This document shows, piece by piece, positions 34,043 to 38,340 of a stretch of 38,340 bases of DNA. The notes beneath the pieces are model-generated. The model worked only from the letters and a program-made list of their open reading frames with translations. It was not told the origin of the DNA and searched no databases. The stretch is taken from the NCBI RefSeq assembly GCF_001194135.2, contig NC_068983.1:2732769-2771108 (forward strand), given 5' to 3'. Both the position numbers and the translations under genes were made by a program. The stretch is from Octopus bimaculoides. Lineage: Eukaryota. Numbering within the stretch: position 1 is the stretch's first letter; each line of letters begins with the position of its first letter.

Positions 34043-34451
34043 NNNNNNNNNNNNNNNNNNNNNNNNNNNNNNNNNNNNNNNNNNNNNNNNNNNNNNNNNN
34101 NNNNNNNNNNNNNNNNNNNNNNNNNNNNNNNNNNNNNNNNNNNNNNNNNNNNNNNNNNNNNNNNNNNNNNNNNNNNNNNNNNNNNNNNNNNNNNNNNNNN
34201 NNNNNNNNNNNNNNNNNNNNNNNNNNNNNNNNNNNNNNNNNNNNNNNNNNNNNNNNNNNNNNNNNNNNNNNNNNNNNNNNNNNNNNNNNNNNNNNNNNNN
34301 NNNNNNNNNNNNNNNNNNNNNNNNNNNNNNNNNNNNNNNNNNNNNNNNNNNNNNNNNNNNNNNNNNNNNNNNNNNNNNNNNNNNNNNNNNNNNNNNNNNN
34401 NNNNNNNNNNNNNNNNNNNNNNNNNNNNNNNNNNNNNNNNNNNNNNNNNNN
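34043..34451. other. Assembly gap (N) within (TA)n
   Basis: Run of N. Confidence 1.
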
Positions 34452-35057
34452 TATATATATATATATATATATATATATCCATATATACGTATACACAATG
34501 CAAATAATCGCCATTTATGCTTCATATCTATTACTTACATTTCATGACTATCTTAAGATTATCTCGCTTTATGAATCTAATATTTTACGTTTCTTTATCT
34601 TTTGTCAAAAAATAGTCCTCCATAAATCGTGACAATAAATGCTTTATCCAATAAAAATAATTTATATGTTATTGTGGATGTACGAATGAGAAAGACTTCA
34701 CTTCTTAGGATGTTATACTAGTTTTTTTTTTAACGACTTTTGTATTTTTTCAAGTGATGTGTTATATGCCTACGCATCTATTAACATATGAAGATATATA
34801 CATATATCTTAACGTACGAAGATTTACACACAAACACGCGCACATATATAGATATGTATGTACGTATATATGTATTTATGTATGTATGTATGTATGTATG
34901 TATGTATGTATATATGTATGTATGGTTGTTTGTAAGTACGCATTGTATATATACACACATACATACATATACGTATATATTTAAAGGAATTTAATTATAT
35001 GGCCGATTATAGAGTGATGAATGGTTTCGCTTCCATTTATATATATATATATATATA

Positions 35058-35904
35058 TAATTAATAATAGGATGAATTCTTTTACAAGAATTTATCAAGT
35101 AGCTAGCGTGAAAAAACCTCACAAGGGAAAAATCCATCGTTTATTCCCCAAAATATATTTATTTATATAAGGGCATTACTATACATGAATGCCTCACGCT
35201 AAGAGGGACTCTAAGGTCAAACTACCATAATAAACACATTTTTACCGAAGGCGAGGAAATGCAACTCTCAAAGCTAGCCCCTTAAAAACAGACTAAACTG
35301 TTGATCATGATTTCGTTGTTTTTGCAGTATTATGCAACTTCTACTCGTCAGTATAATATGGTCATGATACATAGAAATAAACAGAAAATCAACATACCAA
35401 AGGAACACCTCGCGTATCCATCATAGCATATAGAAGATTGTTTAACTCTATATATCTATGTAAGTGGCGGGATTTTCGAATTGCATCTCGGTACATGTGT
35501 TTTTTTCAAAATAAATTCAGCACTGAATATATTCTGGTTATTTATTTAATTAATTAATAATAGGATGAATTCTTTTATGAGAATTTATCAAGTAGCTAAC
35601 GTGAAAAAAACCTCACAAGGGAAAAATCCATCATTTATTCCCCAAAATATATTTATTCATATAAGGGCATTATTATACATGAATGCCTCACGCTAAGAGG
35701 GACTCTAAGGTCAAACTACCATAATAAACACATAATACTGCAATAACTACGAAATCATGATCTATAATTTAGTCTGTTTTTAAGGAGCTAGCTTTGAAAG
35801 TTGCATTTCGTCGCGTTCGATAAAAATGTGTTTATTATGGTAGTTTGACCTTAGAGTCCCTCATAGCGTGAGGCATTCATGTATAGTAATGCCCTTATAT
35901 GAAT
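35058..35904. mobile_element. Foldback/MITE complex: ~182-bp direct repeat plus ~175-bp inverted repeat
   Basis: 35058-35239 matches 35551-35733 directly; 35160-35334 matches the reverse complement of 35731-35904; flanked by (TA)n on both sides. Confidence 0.9.
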
Positions 35905-36744
35905 ATATATATATATATATATATTCTATAGAGGATATGAATTATAGCTTATACCTGAAGTAGAAAACATATTTGATTTTTAAAAAGGCCTATGAGATAA
36001 GCAATTCACCATACCCATGTATGTTTGAAGAGTTTAACAACATCACAGGAAATCGAGAGAAAAAGAAAAGAAGGAGGAGGGACTGCAATAAATATCTTTA
36101 CAATTGTTTCTCTTCCTTTTGGTTAGACGAGTTTTCCTAAAAATAAAACAGAAATAAACATTGTTTGTCATTTCGCATGAACAACATTTTGGCAAGTTGG
36201 AAATTTATTCATTTTGCAGTAAAGAAATAACAGGAAGAAGTGTGTCTTCGTGCAAGGGCGTGTGTGTCTTTGTGTGCGTGCGACTGGTATGGAAGATACT
36301 TATGTTAGAAGTGAAGCAGATACATCGTAATATAGACAATTGTGCACCTTAAAAGACACGGGTATTGTAGTATTTACAATTACTCTTTATTTCCTCATGC
36401 ACTAAATATATAAACATTAGACAAAAATAAAGATTATAGTTTTTACTTTCAAAATTTCACCAATATTTCCTTCGTGTTATTGTAGATCTTTATCTTCACA
36501 GGGTAACATTTTCTGCACACTTACCAGGTTTATGTTCTAAGGTATGTTACAGAAACATACAAACGCCCGCGCATACACGCACACGCACACACACATATAT
36601 GTACTTTGTATGTCGGTATATGTATGTGTGTGTACAGAGGGAGAGAGAGAGAGAAAGAGAGACCTGAACACAGGAAGCTTCATAAGGAAACGGTATAAAT
36701 CCACAAGAGATCAAACCAGCACCACCACCCTGCTTTAATTAAAA

Positions 36745-37735
36745 ACATGGTTTCAGGTATTAGCGAAGGAGGTATCTAAACTCTCGGCCAACAGGTAGAT
36801 CTTTAACAGAGCACCCCGCTACAACGATGTTTTGGCGAGGAGTGGTTTTTCTGAGAAGCTTACATATGTGGGCGATCTCCAAGTTCTTTCCCCCACCCCA
36901 AGAGAATTAGGGAAAGGAAAATTATCTGGTTTAACCCTTTATTTAACCTAGACGTTTCTACCAACGTAGCCAGGGGCTTCCTGTTGTTAATTAAGAAACA
37001 TTTCCCCAGAGGCCATAAGTATTACAAATTTGTCAAACTCCATAATGTCAAGGTGAGTTACTACTTATTTGACAGCATCGCATCCAATATCACACGCATC
37101 AACAGACGTGAAAATGCACTCTCACAACCCCCAACCGCAACCTGCGACTGCCGAAACCCCACCACCTGCCTTCTAAAAGGATCCTGCCTCTCAAAGGTTG
37201 TAGCATCAGAGCCACCCTTACACCACCCGATGACATCACTAAGCACTAAGGGATATGACATCCAATGACTTCAAAGGAAGGTACTTCTAGTACATGTATT
37301 CATTCAGATCCAGAGATAGAAAGAACTCTACTTCCCTGTCGTGCGTTCTCAGGAGACACGTGGACCTCCGAGACGAAACACCAAGCATCAAGTCTACCAT
37401 GGTCGACAGACCACCACCATATTCACCCGGCGCTCCTAATTGCCAGCTTTACCTCCGCAAAAAACTGCACATCCTCTACAAACCCGCAGTATCCATCAAC
37501 AAGAAATACGATCTATCCTATTGCTCTCACCAGAGGTATGCCCTTCTGATAAATTTAAAGCCATTAGCCGCCGACAACCCGTGTATACCTTCTTAGTACC
37601 AGCTGCTGTCTTGCTAAGCCTGCACCAAGGTCACCGTCACCAACTAAACTCCATGAGCAGGACCGCCATTCACCGATCCTTACCTGTTTTTCATGACTGC
37701 CTACCGGCATACTCTCACCTCTTGTACATCACCAC
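36745..37735 (+). mobile_element. Penelope-like element (Naiad-type), C-terminal RT thumb/linker plus GIY-YIG endonuclease, decayed
   Basis: Frameshifted translation: YNDVLARSGFSEKLTY, RKIIWFNPLFNLDVSTNVARGFLLLIKKHFP, CDCRNPTTCLLKGSC (CxCx5Cx5C), HMYSFRSRDRKNSTSLS, and NCQLYLRKKLHIL...NKKYDLSYCSHQ. Confidence 0.88.
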
Positions 37736-38074
37736 ACGAGTATATATACACGCGCGCACGTCCGTATGCATATATGCGCGTGCGTGTTCATGTATGTACA
37801 CACACACACACGCTCATGAACGCGCACACACATATATGCATATATCAGTATACGTGTGTGTGTGTGCATCGATGTATGGAATTCTTCTATACACATCTCT
37901 AAATACATGGTAATTAAGAGCTTATTTGTAGCCCCCAATACGTTATTATATTGCGGTATATCAAAAACATTCGAATATATATACATAACAGGCTAAAACG
38001 TTCTTATTTAGCAACATATTTAGAATAAACATAGAAGAGTAAATATTTCACATATACTTCATACTTTAACTCTG

Positions 38075-38270
38075 CTCAACAGCTGCTTCATTAGGATAAA
38101 TAACATTAACATATAATTAATTCGAATTAATACACCGTGTGATTTGAGCCAACATATTTTTTTAGTTTAATTTACTTTAAATTAATGTTATTTCAATTAA
38201 TTTCATTTAATTCATTATGTATTGGAATTACGCAATTAATGATGTTTATCTTAATGAAACAGCTGTTGAG
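38075..38270. mobile_element. AT-rich MITE-like inverted repeat (26-bp arms)
   Basis: CTCAACAGCTGCTTCATTAGGATAAA (38075-38100) matches the reverse complement of 38245-38270 at 24 of 26 positions. Confidence 0.7.
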
Positions 38271-38307
38271 ACAAATTAATTCTGTGTAAAATTTTTATAC
38301 ACACATA

Positions 38308-38340
<33 letters not shown>

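Noticed and set aside
74-35000. Numerous ORFs with HT/YI/CV/SL/RE runs or X runs (for example 310-705, 2440-2967, 5743-6136, 27312-27828, 33906-34632)
   Set aside because: They are translations of microsatellites and N gaps, which lack stop codons.
37130-37560. Selenoprotein-encoding Naiad
   Set aside because: The cysteines of the CxCx5Cx5C knuckle are TGC codons; I saw no in-frame TGA at the conserved Cys positions I read.

Overview
AT-rich, repeat-saturated animal genomic DNA from a gapped short-read assembly; most N gaps sit inside (TA)n or other microsatellites. The tRNA-derived SINE families and microsatellite load point to a coleoid cephalopod, probably Octopus (inferred from remembered repeat families, not searched). 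I recognise no host protein-coding exon, and almost all ORFs in the track are microsatellite or gap artefacts. The real coding remnants all come from transposons: R4-clade RLE non-LTR retrotransposons (551-1054, 9112-10330, 25007-25780), a CR1/L2-group LINE 3' end (33440-33988), a Penelope-like GIY-YIG element of Naiad type (36745-37735) and the 5' end of a Tc1/mariner transposase (27826-28063). There are also many SINEs, MITEs and foldback repeats. The most interesting signals are: (i) an RLE family that appears to insert into (TACA)n microsatellites; (ii) several minimal type-I hammerhead ribozyme motifs, one with an intact core and two degenerate ones in a ~172-bp tandem, retrozyme-like array; (iii) a chimeric retrotransposon with two RLE C-termini; (iv) a SINE/LINE pair sharing a 3' tail; and (v) a repeat-poor, CpG-richer segment at 10.7-11.8 kb containing a pre-miRNA-sized hairpin. 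None of these is proven novel; each needs the checks listed.
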